Below, piece after piece: positions 8,761 to 16,998 of a stretch of DNA of 16,998 nt. The notes beneath the pieces are model-generated. The model was not told the DNA's origin. It did not search any database and saw only the letters and a list, made by a program, of their open reading frames with translations. This stretch comes from Candidatus Ratteibacteria bacterium (GTDB lineage: Bacteria > Ratteibacteria > UBA8468 > B48-G9 > DTJG01), in the NCBI GenBank assembly GCA_049971295.1, contig JBMFLH010000038.1, positions 1 to 16,998 on the forward strand, written 5' to 3'. Position numbers and translations under genes: made by a program. Each line of letters opens with the position of its first letter. Positions within the stretch are counted from its first letter, which is position 1.

Positions 8761-9394
8761 ATGATAATATACCCGGGCAAGCAGGCAAAATTTAGATCTT
8801 TTCCTGTTCCAATTAATAGCGTGGAGATTACAGGATTTTTCAGTTGTTATCTTAAAAACAGTAGAAGAATCAGTATCCCTTTTTTGTACAGATTGTTTGA
8901 GAAGTACGGAGCCATTGATAATTTTAGAGTTGCCTCAGGTCTTAAAAAAGAAATCACCAGACGTCTTGCCACTGACTTTGACCTTTACAAATGGATGGAG
9001 GCGGCATCCCGGGATTTACAGAACGATTATCATGAGGAACTTGCAAATCTTCTTGATAATCCTGTAGAACTCATCTCAAAAATCCAGGAATCATCCGGCT
9101 ATATTGATACATTCTATACTGACACGTTCAAGAAATTGAGATTTACAGACCTTGATAATGGCCACAAACTTTATTGTGGCGGCCACCTGATTCAATCTGC
9201 TGTTGCCCATTGCAGGTCTACCGGAAAAAATCATTTTCTTGATATTGCCGTAAAATGGGCAAATTTCATCAGCAGAAAGTATGAATCAAAGCAGATTTTG
9301 AAAAATGATGGACATCCTTGAAGTTGAAATGGCTTTGGTTGAGTTATATCGCACTACTGGAAATGAAAAACATCTGTATTTAGCAGATTCGTAG
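8761..9394 (+). pseudogene. Glycoside hydrolase family 127 (beta-L-arabinofuranosidase-like) N-terminal remnant
   Basis: IDNFRVA, DLYKWMEAA, HKLYCGGHLIQSAVAH and GHP motifs. After an extra T at 9318-9319 the frame continues EVEMALVELYRTTGNEKHLYLADS* to 9394. About 210 codons remain; family members are typically about 600 aa. Confidence 0.85.
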
Positions 9395-9430
9395 CCACGA
9401 TGAATTTTTTATAAAAATGTAAAGCTTAAG

Positions 9431-9475
9431 ATGATTCCATATTTTGCCCGGGCAAACAGGGACTTTCAAAAATGA
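9431..9475 (+). other. Candidate leader uORF MIPYFARANRDFQK*
   Basis: 14 codons followed by tandem stops TGA TAA, in frame with the ODC start 78 nt downstream of its ATG; no SD seen. Confidence 0.35.
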
Positions 9476-9502
9476 TAATCTGGGTTCCTTATAGCAGGAA
9501 AC
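9443..9502 (+). promoter_or_regulatory. Candidate structured leader (palindrome plus alternative SD/anti-SD pairings) of the polyamine operon
   Basis: TTTGCCCGGGCAAA palindrome; TTCCT(9485-9489) can pair with the SD region AGGAA(9496-9500), or GTTCCT(9484-9489) with AGGGAC(9458-9463). Confidence 0.4.
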
Positions 9503-9508
9503 ATAACA

Positions 9509-10642
9509 ATGGATAAAAACGTAAAATTGAACGAGAAAATGATCAGGGCCCTGGTGAAAAAATACGGTTCACCACTGTTTTTGATTTATTCTTCCAGATT
9601 AAAAGAACGCGTGAAACTTTTCCGAGAATTGCTTCCACGAATAGAACCATTTTATGCCGTGAAAGCAAATCCACATCCCTCAATATTAAAATTTTTTTTG
9701 AAAAATGGTTTTGGCTTTGATGTTGCTTCAAAAAATGAAATAGAGACAGTTTTGAAACTCGGAGGAAATCCTGAAAAAATGATTTTTGCGAATACCGTGA
9801 AGTCACCTGAATCATTGAAATTTGCGCAAAAAAACCAGGTGATGTTGATGACTTTTGATTCTGAGTACGAGCTTGCCAAGATTGCAAAGTTTTGTCCTGA
9901 CGCTCGTGTTGTGGTAAGAATTAAGGTTCCCAATGTTGGTTCTGTCGTTGAGTTATCCCTAAAATTCGGCGCTGAACCTGCAGATGCAATTCCGCTTTTG
10001 ATAAAGGCGTATAAAATGGGATTGAGGCCAGCAGGTGTGAGTTTTCATGTTGGTTCTCAGTGTCTGGAGATTTCAAATTTTGTGGAAGCACTCGAAATTT
10101 CTTCTATTATTTTTCACGACGCACTCTTGAAAAAAATTCCGCTTGAAATTCTTGATATAGGAGGTGGTTTCCCAATTGTTCATTCTGATTCTGAGCCAGA
10201 TATTTTTCCACAAATGGCTGGACGAATTTCAACAGAAATTGATAGATTATTTGATAAAAATATAAAGATTATTGCAGAACCAGGAAGATTTCTTGTGGGT
10301 CCTGCCTGTATTCTCGTTACCCGTGTTATAGGCAAATCCATCAGGAATAATAAGCACTGGTATTATCTTGATGATGGAGTATATGGATGTCTGTCAGGAA
10401 TTGTTTATGACCACTGTAAATACCAGTACAAGGTGTTCAAAAAAGGGCCCACCCAGATTTCAACGCTTGCCGGTCCGACATGTGATTCCTTTGATGTAAT
10501 TTCAATCAGTGAAGAGTTACCGGAACTTGAGTTCGGGGACATTGTATACATTGAAAACATAGGTGCATATTCACTTGCTTCTGCGACTCACTTTAACAGT
10601 ATTCCACCAGCAAAGACAATTTTTCTTAACACGGGAGGTTGA
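9509..10642 (+). CDS. Ornithine (lysine/ornithine) decarboxylase, fold type III PLP enzyme
   Basis: PFYAVKAN (PLP lysine), FDVAS, KFGA, FHVGSQ, DIGGGF, EPGR, DGVYG, IVYDH (Asp as in ornithine-specific enzymes), GPTCDS and GAY motifs. Confidence 0.9.
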   Translation: MDKNVKLNEKMIRALVKKYGSPLFLIYSSRLKERVKLFRELLPRIEPFYAVKANPHPSILKFFLKNGFGFDVASKNEIETVLKLGGNPEKMIFANTVKSPESLKFAQKNQVMLMTFDSEYELAKIAKFCPDARVVVRIKVPNVGSVVELSLKFGAEPADAIPLLIKAYKMGLRPAGVSFHVGSQCLEISNFVEALEISSIIFHDALLKKIPLEILDIGGGFPIVHSDSEPDIFPQMAGRISTEIDRLFDKNIKIIAEPGRFLVGPACILVTRVIGKSIRNNKHWYYLDDGVYGCLSGIVYDHCKYQYKVFKKGPTQISTLAGPTCDSFDVISISEELPELEFGDIVYIENIGAYSLASATHFNSIPPAKTIFLNTGG

Positions 10643-10643
10643 T

Positions 10644-11849
10644 ATGAAACGTGAACATAGAACAAGAATAAATCTAAATGAACTACCCGACTGGATGAGA
10701 AAAAAGAAATGTCCCCACAAAGCGAAATATCTTTCTGGCTTAAGAATACTGCCCAGAAAAATAACCGGTAAAGAAACGCTTGAAGAAATTATTGACAATG
10801 CTTTTCTGGCTTATAATGCAGCCAGATTAAAAGAAGGTTGCAGGTTGTTTACCGAAAGAATGCTTGCAGATGATGTGACTATTGGAATGAGTCTTGCTGG
10901 TGCCTTAACCCCTGCTGGACTTGGACCAAGTTCCATCGTGTCTCTTATTGAGGCAGGATTTGTTGACTGGATTGTCGCAACAGGCGCTAATCTATATCAT
11001 GACCTTCACTATGCATTCAACCTTCCTCTTTATGTTGGTACACATCTTGTTGATGATGCGGACCTGAGAAAAAATGATGTTGTAAGAATTTATGATATAT
11101 TTCTTGGGTACACTGACTGTTTGATGGAAACCGACAAAATTTTAAGATCGATTCTTGTTCAACCAGAATTTCAAAAAGAAATGGGAACAAGCGAATTTTA
11201 TCACCTTCTTGGAAAATATGCGAATGAATTTGAAAAAAAGAATAAGTGTCACGGAGTATCGATTCTTGCTGCTGCATACAGAACAGGGGTACCGCTTTTT
11301 ACAAGTTCTCCAGGGGATTCAACGATAGGAATGAATATGGCCGGGTTAGAAATTGAGGGGAATAAACTGAAAATTAATCCGAGTATTGACGTGAACGAAA
11401 CAACTGCTATTGTTCTCAACGCAAAAAGGTCAGGAGGAAAATCTGCTGTGTTTCTGGTAGGTGGCGGAAGCCCCAAAAATTTTATGCTTCAGACAGAACC
11501 CCAGATACAGGAAATCCTTCTTATCAGGGAAGTTGGACATGATTACTTCTTTCAAATAACCGATGCCAGACCCGACACTGGTGGCTTATCCGGCGCCACA
11601 CCCCATGAAGCAGTTTCGTGGGGAAAGGTTGACCCTAATATGCTGCCTGACGCAATTGTATGTTATCTTGATTCTACAGTGGCATTACCAATAATTACTC
11701 ACTATGCTCTTGCAAAACACAAACCAAGACCACTGAAAAAGTTATATTATAAAAGAGAAGAACTACTTGAAAAACTTATCCGTGAATATTTTGCGCACAA
11801 TCCCAAAAAAACCGTTGGTAATATTGACGAAATAAAGAAATTTTTGTAA
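10644..11849 (+). CDS. Deoxyhypusine synthase-like protein (SpeY-type homospermidine biosynthesis)
   Basis: [28 protein letters not shown] and [19 protein letters not shown] (catalytic Lys) motifs; the SD GGAGG lies in the last ODC codons, so the start is 10644. Confidence 0.88.
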   Translation: MKREHRTRINLNELPDWMRKKKCPHKAKYLSGLRILPRKITGKETLEEIIDNAFLAYNAARLKEGCRLFTERMLADDVTIGMSLAGALTPAGLGPSSIVSLIEAGFVDWIVATGANLYHDLHYAFNLPLYVGTHLVDDADLRKNDVVRIYDIFLGYTDCLMETDKILRSILVQPEFQKEMGTSEFYHLLGKYANEFEKKNKCHGVSILAAAYRTGVPLFTSSPGDSTIGMNMAGLEIEGNKLKINPSIDVNETTAIVLNAKRSGGKSAVFLVGGGSPKNFMLQTEPQIQEILLIREVGHDYFFQITDARPDTGGLSGATPHEAVSWGKVDPNMLPDAIVCYLDSTVALPIITHYALAKHKPRPLKKLYYKREELLEKLIREYFAHNPKKTVGNIDEIKKFL

Positions 11850-11853
11850 AGAA

Positions 11854-13437
11854 TTAACTTCTGGTATAACTGATTTCAGGCAAAATATCCTGTAAGAAAA
11901 GCATGCCTGTATAAAATGGTTTTCCATCGATTGTTTCCACAACAGGAATAATATGGGCGCCGGTTTTTGAAAATGTCTTGACGGCATCTTCGACTGAGGA
12001 ATCCTTTTCAATAAAAGGATATTGGGAGTCAAGCAAATCTGCTGATATAATTAGGCATGCCATATCCTCGCTGAAAAGTATATCTCGAACATCTTCAAGA
12101 TGTACAACTCCTTTGTACGCATAGCTTTCGTCAACAACAGGATAAATTGAAAACTCAGTATTTTTTAGTTTTCTGGCAATGTCGCATATTGAGGTAAGGA
12201 GATCAAAAGGTTTGATATCATAGTGAATAAAGTCCTCAATAAATGAACGTTGTCCTTGTTGTGGAATGCCGGGAAACAAAAGAACTCTCGTCATGACGGG
12301 ACTTACAATTGTTGTGATGATGCACAAAATTATGACAGCATTGAAAAGAACCCCTGGAAGAAGTCCTGCATCGTAAAAAACTACACCAATAGCAAGAGCG
12401 CCAGTCAACTGGGGTACTGAAAAAAAACCAAAGCCAAGGGATTCTCTAATTGAGAACATTGCATTTCTTGAAGCAATGTAAATAGAAAAAATTCTCACAA
12501 ACATCAGTACAGCGATTGTGGTCACAGCGACTACAAAGTTATCCAGATACCTAAAAATATTTAAGTCTACCCTTGCGCCTATGATGATAAAAACAATCGG
12601 CACAAAAATTGCTGAAGAAATTAAGTTGATATTATTTCTGACCATCCTGTTTATATCAATATTGGCAAGAGAAATCCCTGCAAAGAAGGCACAAACGACT
12701 GCAGGTACCTGAAGAAATGCGCCAATAGCCACAACGATAACTACCAGCATTAACAAAATCGTCGTTTCATCCTCAGGAGTATTAATACCTCTAAGTCGCC
12801 TTAAGAGTTTTTCCTGAAGAAGTGGCAGGCCTTTGAAAACAACGATAAAAAAGCCGGATGAAAAAAAGAAAAATTTCAAAATGCCGTACAATTCATTTGA
12901 GATATGGAAGGCAAAAATAATCGTAAAAATAAAAAGGCTGACAAGGTCTGAAAACACAGAACTGACAATAAGCTGCTCAAAAAATTTCTTTCTCACATGA
13001 CTGATTTTGCCAGTAAACTCCCTGAACAGCTGTACCACAACTTCTGAAGCAGGAGAGCCAACGAGAGTGAGCATATAGAAAGATAAAAATAACCTGTTAT
13101 CGTATCCTGCATATCCTGATATTAAAAAGCCGTAAATAAAGCCAGCCAAAGCCGGAATCACCATATTAAACAAGAATAAACGAAATATTGATGTTCTATC
13201 TTTTGATGGTGTGATTTTTAATTCCAGACCTGCGGAAAACATCAGGAGAATAATTCCAAGTTCATAAAAATAACTTAATGATGAAACATTTTTTACCAGA
13301 TTCAAACCCGATGGACCAAAAAATATCCCGGCAACAATATAAACAACAAGCGTTGGAATTTTTAATATCGCTGCCACAGGCCTGGCAAAACATATTATTA
13401 TAAATGCGGCCAGAAAAAAGCCAAATGTTTCTCCCAT
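11854..13437 (-). CDS. Cation:proton antiporter (CPA2-like) with C-terminal CBS domain pair
   Basis: About 12-13 hydrophobic segments with YIVAGIFFGP, LMFSAGLE, AFFAGI and FVPIVFIIIG; soluble tail with YPVVDE...GVV and IPVVE...GML CBS motifs. Confidence 0.85.
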   Translation of the reverse strand: MGETFGFFLAAFIIICFARPVAAILKIPTLVVYIVAGIFFGPSGLNLVKNVSSLSYFYELGIILLMFSAGLELKITPSKDRTSIFRLFLFNMVIPALAGFIYGFLISGYAGYDNRLFLSFYMLTLVGSPASEVVVQLFREFTGKISHVRKKFFEQLIVSSVFSDLVSLFIFTIIFAFHISNELYGILKFFFFSSGFFIVVFKGLPLLQEKLLRRLRGINTPEDETTILLMLVVIVVAIGAFLQVPAVVCAFFAGISLANIDINRMVRNNINLISSAIFVPIVFIIIGARVDLNIFRYLDNFVVAVTTIAVLMFVRIFSIYIASRNAMFSIRESLGFGFFSVPQLTGALAIGVVFYDAGLLPGVLFNAVIILCIITTIVSPVMTRVLLFPGIPQQGQRSFIEDFIHYDIKPFDLLTSICDIARKLKNTEFSIYPVVDESYAYKGVVHLEDVRDILFSEDMACLIISADLLDSQYPFIEKDSSVEDAVKTFSKTGAHIIPVVETIDGKPFYTGMLFLQDILPEISYTRS

Positions 13438-13443
13438 AATTAA

Positions 13444-13473
13444 ATTTTAAGACAAAAGCATATTATGCGTCAA
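13444..13473 (-). promoter_or_regulatory. sigma70-like promoter, probable leaderless start of the antiporter
   Basis: Minus strand TTGACG(13473-13468)-18-TAAAAT(13449-13444)-6 nt-ATG(13437); no SD. Confidence 0.55.
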
Positions 13474-13483
13474 AAGGTTTGAC

Positions 13484-13508
13484 TAAACCATTCTTTAACT
13501 ATTTCGTC
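13484..13508 (+). promoter_or_regulatory. ECF sigma-type promoter
   Basis: TAAAC(13484-13488)-16 nt-CGTC(13505-13508) matches the AAAC-N16-CGT pattern of SigW/SigM-type promoters. Confidence 0.55.
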
Positions 13509-13543
13509 TCAATATCACAAACTTGCGAAAGGAGGTGAACGAA

Positions 13544-13984
13544 ATGAAAAAAATAATACTCATCGCAGCAGCGTTGATGCTAACAAAAGCTTACATGGTA
13601 CTTGCTGCTGACCTGCCAGCAGGAAAAGGCCTATGGAACAAAGGAAAGTCCGGTCAGGAAATGAAAAGAGGTCCAGGTGAAATAGGACTTGGCCTTTATT
13701 CACAACTTAATCTCACAGAAGAGCAGAAGGCAAAGATACAGGAAATACAGAAAAGCAGGCGTGACCAACTTTCGGCTTTGAAAGAAGATACCACACTGAG
13801 TCACGAACAGAAAAGAGAAAAAATGAGAACCATCATGGAAAGCACTCAGAAACAGATGGATGAAATCCTAACTCCTGAACAGAAGCAGAAACTTGACCAA
13901 TTAAGAGAACAGATGAGGGAAAGATTGAGACAGCATCAGGAAAAAATTAAAGAAAATAAACCATCTGAACAGCCTGCAAAATAA
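13544..13984 (+). CDS. Spy/CpxP (LTXXQ motif) family secreted protein
   Basis: SD AAAGGAGGTGA before ATG 13544; signal peptide MKKIILIAAAL...; LNLTEEQ and ILTPEQ motifs. Confidence 0.85.
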   Translation: MKKIILIAAALMLTKAYMVLAADLPAGKGLWNKGKSGQEMKRGPGEIGLGLYSQLNLTEEQKAKIQEIQKSRRDQLSALKEDTTLSHEQKREKMRTIMESTQKQMDEILTPEQKQKLDQLREQMRERLRQHQEKIKENKPSEQPAK

Positions 13985-13991
13985 TGTGATG

Positions 13992-14021
13992 AGCGGGGAG
14001 GATGCATCCTCCCCGCTTTTA
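13992..14021 (+). terminator. Intrinsic terminator
   Basis: Perfect 26-nt palindrome AGCGGGGAGGATGCATCCTCCCCGCT running into a short T tract, between convergent genes. Confidence 0.85.
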
Positions 14022-14022
14022 T

Positions 14023-14973
14023 TCAATTACATTCAGCCACCAGCGGTCCGGCAAGTTCCTTCAGAAAGAAAAGTTTTCCAGGCAGTGTTGGCATAAAGCT
14101 GCTTGGAACCCAGATATCAGGACCATATCTGAGGGTAACCCATAAACTCATTCCCTGCCACATCATTCCTCTTCCCAGTACACCATCGCAACCACCAATG
14201 ATTTTATCCGCTTTCAGAAAAATACCTGGCCCAATAGTATTGGCAAAGCAAGGAACAAGTGTGGTTCTACTTTTGAAGCTTGTAATAGCATTTTGTTCAA
14301 TTGTCAAAGGATGTAATCTGGCACCGAGACGATATTGCTGTTTTTTCCATTCGTCAATGGTCTTAAATTCTGCAGCGAAATGCGGCTCCCAGAAAGCGAT
14401 ATGAAATACTCTTCCAATACCAAAAATCACGACAAGTTTTGCACCCTGTTTTCTCAGTTTTTCAATTTTTTCAGGATACGCTGGTAGCAATTTTTTGGTA
14501 GCAAAATTCCTCTGATTTTTTGGTATTGTTAGTTTTCCAAGAGGCCCATAAAATGCCTGTTCCATTGCATTTTGAAATGCTCCAGGATTACTTGCTGGAA
14601 GCGTATTGCCATTTGCATCACTCCATTCATCCATATTGAAACCATATACATGCTGACAGGAAATATTCCATTCTTTCAGAAAGTACACAGCCCATTTATA
14701 CATACCCATAGGACCGACTGGGAGAATCAAAATGATCTTTCTTCCCTCTTTATAGGCAGAAGCAATTTCGAATGCTATTTCATGACCCATCCTGATATCA
14801 AATTCCTCAAGAGAATCACATGGAACAGGTTTAAAATCTTTGTTCCACCATTTCTGTCTTTCAAGAATTTTATCGGGTGGATTGGAGCAGCACCTGTCGA
14901 TTTTTTTCAAATCCCAACCAGATGGAAAAAAGTCTTCAAGCAATGAACCTTTGATTGTGTTAATCAGGTCCAT
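14023..14973 (-). CDS. Glucosamine-6-phosphate deaminase/isomerase (NagB)-like protein, divergent
   Basis: FNMDEW and [13 protein letters not shown] resemble NagB FNMDEY and GxGxDGHIAFNEP; SD AAGGAGGT. Confidence 0.75.
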   Translation of the reverse strand: MDLINTIKGSLLEDFFPSGWDLKKIDRCCSNPPDKILERQKWWNKDFKPVPCDSLEEFDIRMGHEIAFEIASAYKEGRKIILILPVGPMGMYKWAVYFLKEWNISCQHVYGFNMDEWSDANGNTLPASNPGAFQNAMEQAFYGPLGKLTIPKNQRNFATKKLLPAYPEKIEKLRKQGAKLVVIFGIGRVFHIAFWEPHFAAEFKTIDEWKKQQYRLGARLHPLTIEQNAITSFKSRTTLVPCFANTIGPGIFLKADKIIGGCDGVLGRGMMWQGMSLWVTLRYGPDIWVPSSFMPTLPGKLFFLKELAGPLVAECN

Positions 14974-14993
14974 GAAACCTCCTTGTTTTGATA

Positions 14994-15971
14994 CTATTCA
15001 GCTTTCCCTGCGCACCCAAGGACATTTTTACATTTGTCAGCGTACATATTTTTTAAGGCATCTCTTGCGGGTCCGAGATATTTCCTCGGGTCGAATTCGG
15101 AAGGGTGTTCACTGAGGTACTTTCGTATCATCGCGGTCATTACCAGACGCCCATCTGAATCAATATTTATTTTGCAAACAGCAGATCTTGCTGCGCGACG
15201 CAGTTGCTCCTCAGGAACGCCAGCAGCATTCTCTATTTTTCCTCCGTACCTGTTGATCATGTCAACATATTCAGGAAGTACTGAGGATGCTCCATGAAGA
15301 ACAATCGGGAAACCAGGAAGTCTTTTTTCACATTCTTCAAGAATATCGAATCTGAGTGGTGGAACTTTTTCTCCTGGCTTCAGCTTAAACTTGTACGCTC
15401 CGTGTGAGGTGCCAATTGAGATTGCCAAACTGTCAACGCCTGTTCTTGATACAAAATCCTGTACTTCTTCTGGTTTTGTATAATGGGATTTTTCAGATGA
15501 TACATGCTCTTCAATGCCAGCAAGGACCCCGAGCTCACCCTCCACAGTCACATCAAATCTGTGCGCGTAGTCAACAACCTTTCTTGTCAGTTTAACGTTC
15601 TCTTCATAAGGCAAATGGGAACCATCAATCATCACAGAAGAAAAACCATTTTCGATACAGGAAACGCATAATTCATAGCTATCTCCATGGTCAAGATGCA
15701 GAGCTATGGGGATGTTTGACCCCATTTCTCTTGCCATCTGCACAGCTCCCTGTGCCATATATCTTAACATTGTTTGATTCGCATATTGTCTTGCTCCTTT
15801 TGAAACCTGAAGAATTACAGGTGACTTTACTTCTACGCATGCAGTAATAATCGCCTGCAATTGCTCCATGTTATTGAAATTAAATGCACCAATGGCATAT
15901 CCACCTTTCATTGCTTTCTTAAACATTTCCCTTGTATTAACAAGTCCCAATTCTTTAAAACTGATAGACAT
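14994..15971 (-). CDS. fba: Class II fructose-1,6-bisphosphate aldolase
   Basis: [39 protein letters not shown] and FDPRKYL motifs; SD GGAGG places the start at 15971. Confidence 0.95.
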   Translation of the reverse strand: MSISFKELGLVNTREMFKKAMKGGYAIGAFNFNNMEQLQAIITACVEVKSPVILQVSKGARQYANQTMLRYMAQGAVQMAREMGSNIPIALHLDHGDSYELCVSCIENGFSSVMIDGSHLPYEENVKLTRKVVDYAHRFDVTVEGELGVLAGIEEHVSSEKSHYTKPEEVQDFVSRTGVDSLAISIGTSHGAYKFKLKPGEKVPPLRFDILEECEKRLPGFPIVLHGASSVLPEYVDMINRYGGKIENAAGVPEEQLRRAARSAVCKINIDSDGRLVMTAMIRKYLSEHPSEFDPRKYLGPARDALKNMYADKCKNVLGCAGKAE

Positions 15972-16006
15972 TTTACCTCCTGTTAGTGGGTTTAATGATG
16001 CAGATA

Positions 16007-16034
16007 ATTTTAACACAAATCACAAAAGTGACAA
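16007..16034 (-). promoter_or_regulatory. sigma70-like promoter upstream of fba
   Basis: Minus strand TTGTCA(16034-16029)-16-TAAAAT(16012-16007) with a TG extension. Confidence 0.55.
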
Positions 16035-16040
16035 GAAAAG

Positions 16041-16998
16041 TTATTTCTGAAGGACAATTTTTATGAATTCCTCGCCTTTAATGATACCGAAACTGCCATT
16101 GGCGCACGCCCGCTCATTAAATGATTCTACACAGTCCGGTTGACTGTAGGGGTGATATACAAGAAATGGAACTTTTTGGTTTGTATGTCCTCTTATAGAA
16201 GCCGGAGTATAATGGTCTGGAATTATAGCAATTGATATATCGCTGAGATTGACTTTTTTAATAATTCTTCCAACAACTTTTCTGTCAAAATTCTCAATAC
16301 ATTTAACCTTAAGATATACGTTTCCTTCGTGCGAGGCTTCATCGGGCGCTTCGACATGTAAATAGACAAGGTCATATTTTTCAATAGCACCAACCGCTGC
16401 GTCTGCCTTACCTTCATAATTTGTATTATAAAGACCTGTGGCACCTTTGACATTGATAATATCAAAACCAGCGTAAATTCCGATACCCTTAATAAGGTCA
16501 ACAGCTGAAATAACCGCGCCAGAAATTTTAAATCTTTCTGTTACAGGTTTCATGATGGGTTTTTTACCAGGTGACCAGGGCCAGATCAAATTTGCAGGAT
16601 GTTTGTTTTCCTTTATTCTTCTTAAATTGATAGGATGCGCTTTTAATATTTGTTCTGATTGTTCCATAAGTTTTTTTAATATCTCCACGGTTTTCTGTGC
16701 GTTGATATTCCTGCAGCGGGGCAAAAGATTAATTACTTTTTCACCAATAAAATCATGGGGTGGAAAACACTCTATGTCTGAAGAAAATTTCTTTTTAAGA
16801 ACAAGAATATGCCTGTAATCAAACCCGTGGTGAAATTGAATAAATTCAGTCGAAAGTTTATCATTAAGCGCCTCTATCAACTGTCTGCTTTCTCAGATGA
16901 AATATGCCCTGCAGAGTGACTAACGATGGCGCCATCCTTCACAAATATCGTATTACAGCGGAAAACAACATCATTTTTATCCAGATCGATGCCAAGGG
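16041..16998 (-). CDS. apgM: Cofactor-independent phosphoglycerate mutase, ApgM type (5' part outside window; one base missing near 16884-16895)
   Basis: Upstream frame reads [15 protein letters not shown]...SAGHISSE. Downstream frame has [38 protein letters not shown] and PDHYTP. Confidence 0.88.

Noticed and set aside
10644..11849. Eukaryotic or archaeal origin of the window, suggested by DHS, fold III ODC and ApgM
   Set aside because: SD sequences, sigma70/ECF-type promoters, a lipoprotein, Spy/CpxP and tRNA-His with encoded G-1:C73 fit a bacterium, and all three families occur in bacteria.
13992..14017. 26-nt palindrome as a REP, MITE or CRISPR repeat
   Set aside because: Single copy, just after a stop codon and followed by a T tract, so a terminator explains it.
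2743..16818. Many 60-133 aa ORFs nested in or antisense to the main genes
   Set aside because: They are shadow ORFs of well-supported genes with no recognisable motifs.

Overview
AT-rich bacterial chromosomal segment with housekeeping and carbohydrate-metabolism genes. I saw no mobile element, phage gene or CRISPR array. It contains tRNA-His(GUG), a chagasin/I42 lipoprotein, a gluconate-5-dehydrogenase-like SDR, two alpha/beta hydrolases, a 57-aa membrane protein, a Gfo/Idh/MocA oxidoreductase, a nitroreductase, a SYLF/Ysc84 protein, a frameshifted beta-helix protein, PPi-type phosphofructokinase, a truncated GH127 remnant, an ornithine decarboxylase plus deoxyhypusine-synthase-like pair, a CPA2-CBS antiporter, a Spy/CpxP protein, and an apgM(frameshifted)-fba-nagB-like cluster. 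The most interesting part is the polyamine operon. It suggests an ornithine-putrescine-homospermidine route, and its leader holds a 14-codon uORF, a 14-bp palindrome and mutually exclusive SD/anti-SD pairings (candidate translational attenuator or RNA switch). Also notable are three apparently leaderless genes, a symmetric bidirectional promoter, an ECF-type promoter and three single-base frameshifts. All protein calls rest on motif recognition by eye; no searches were run.
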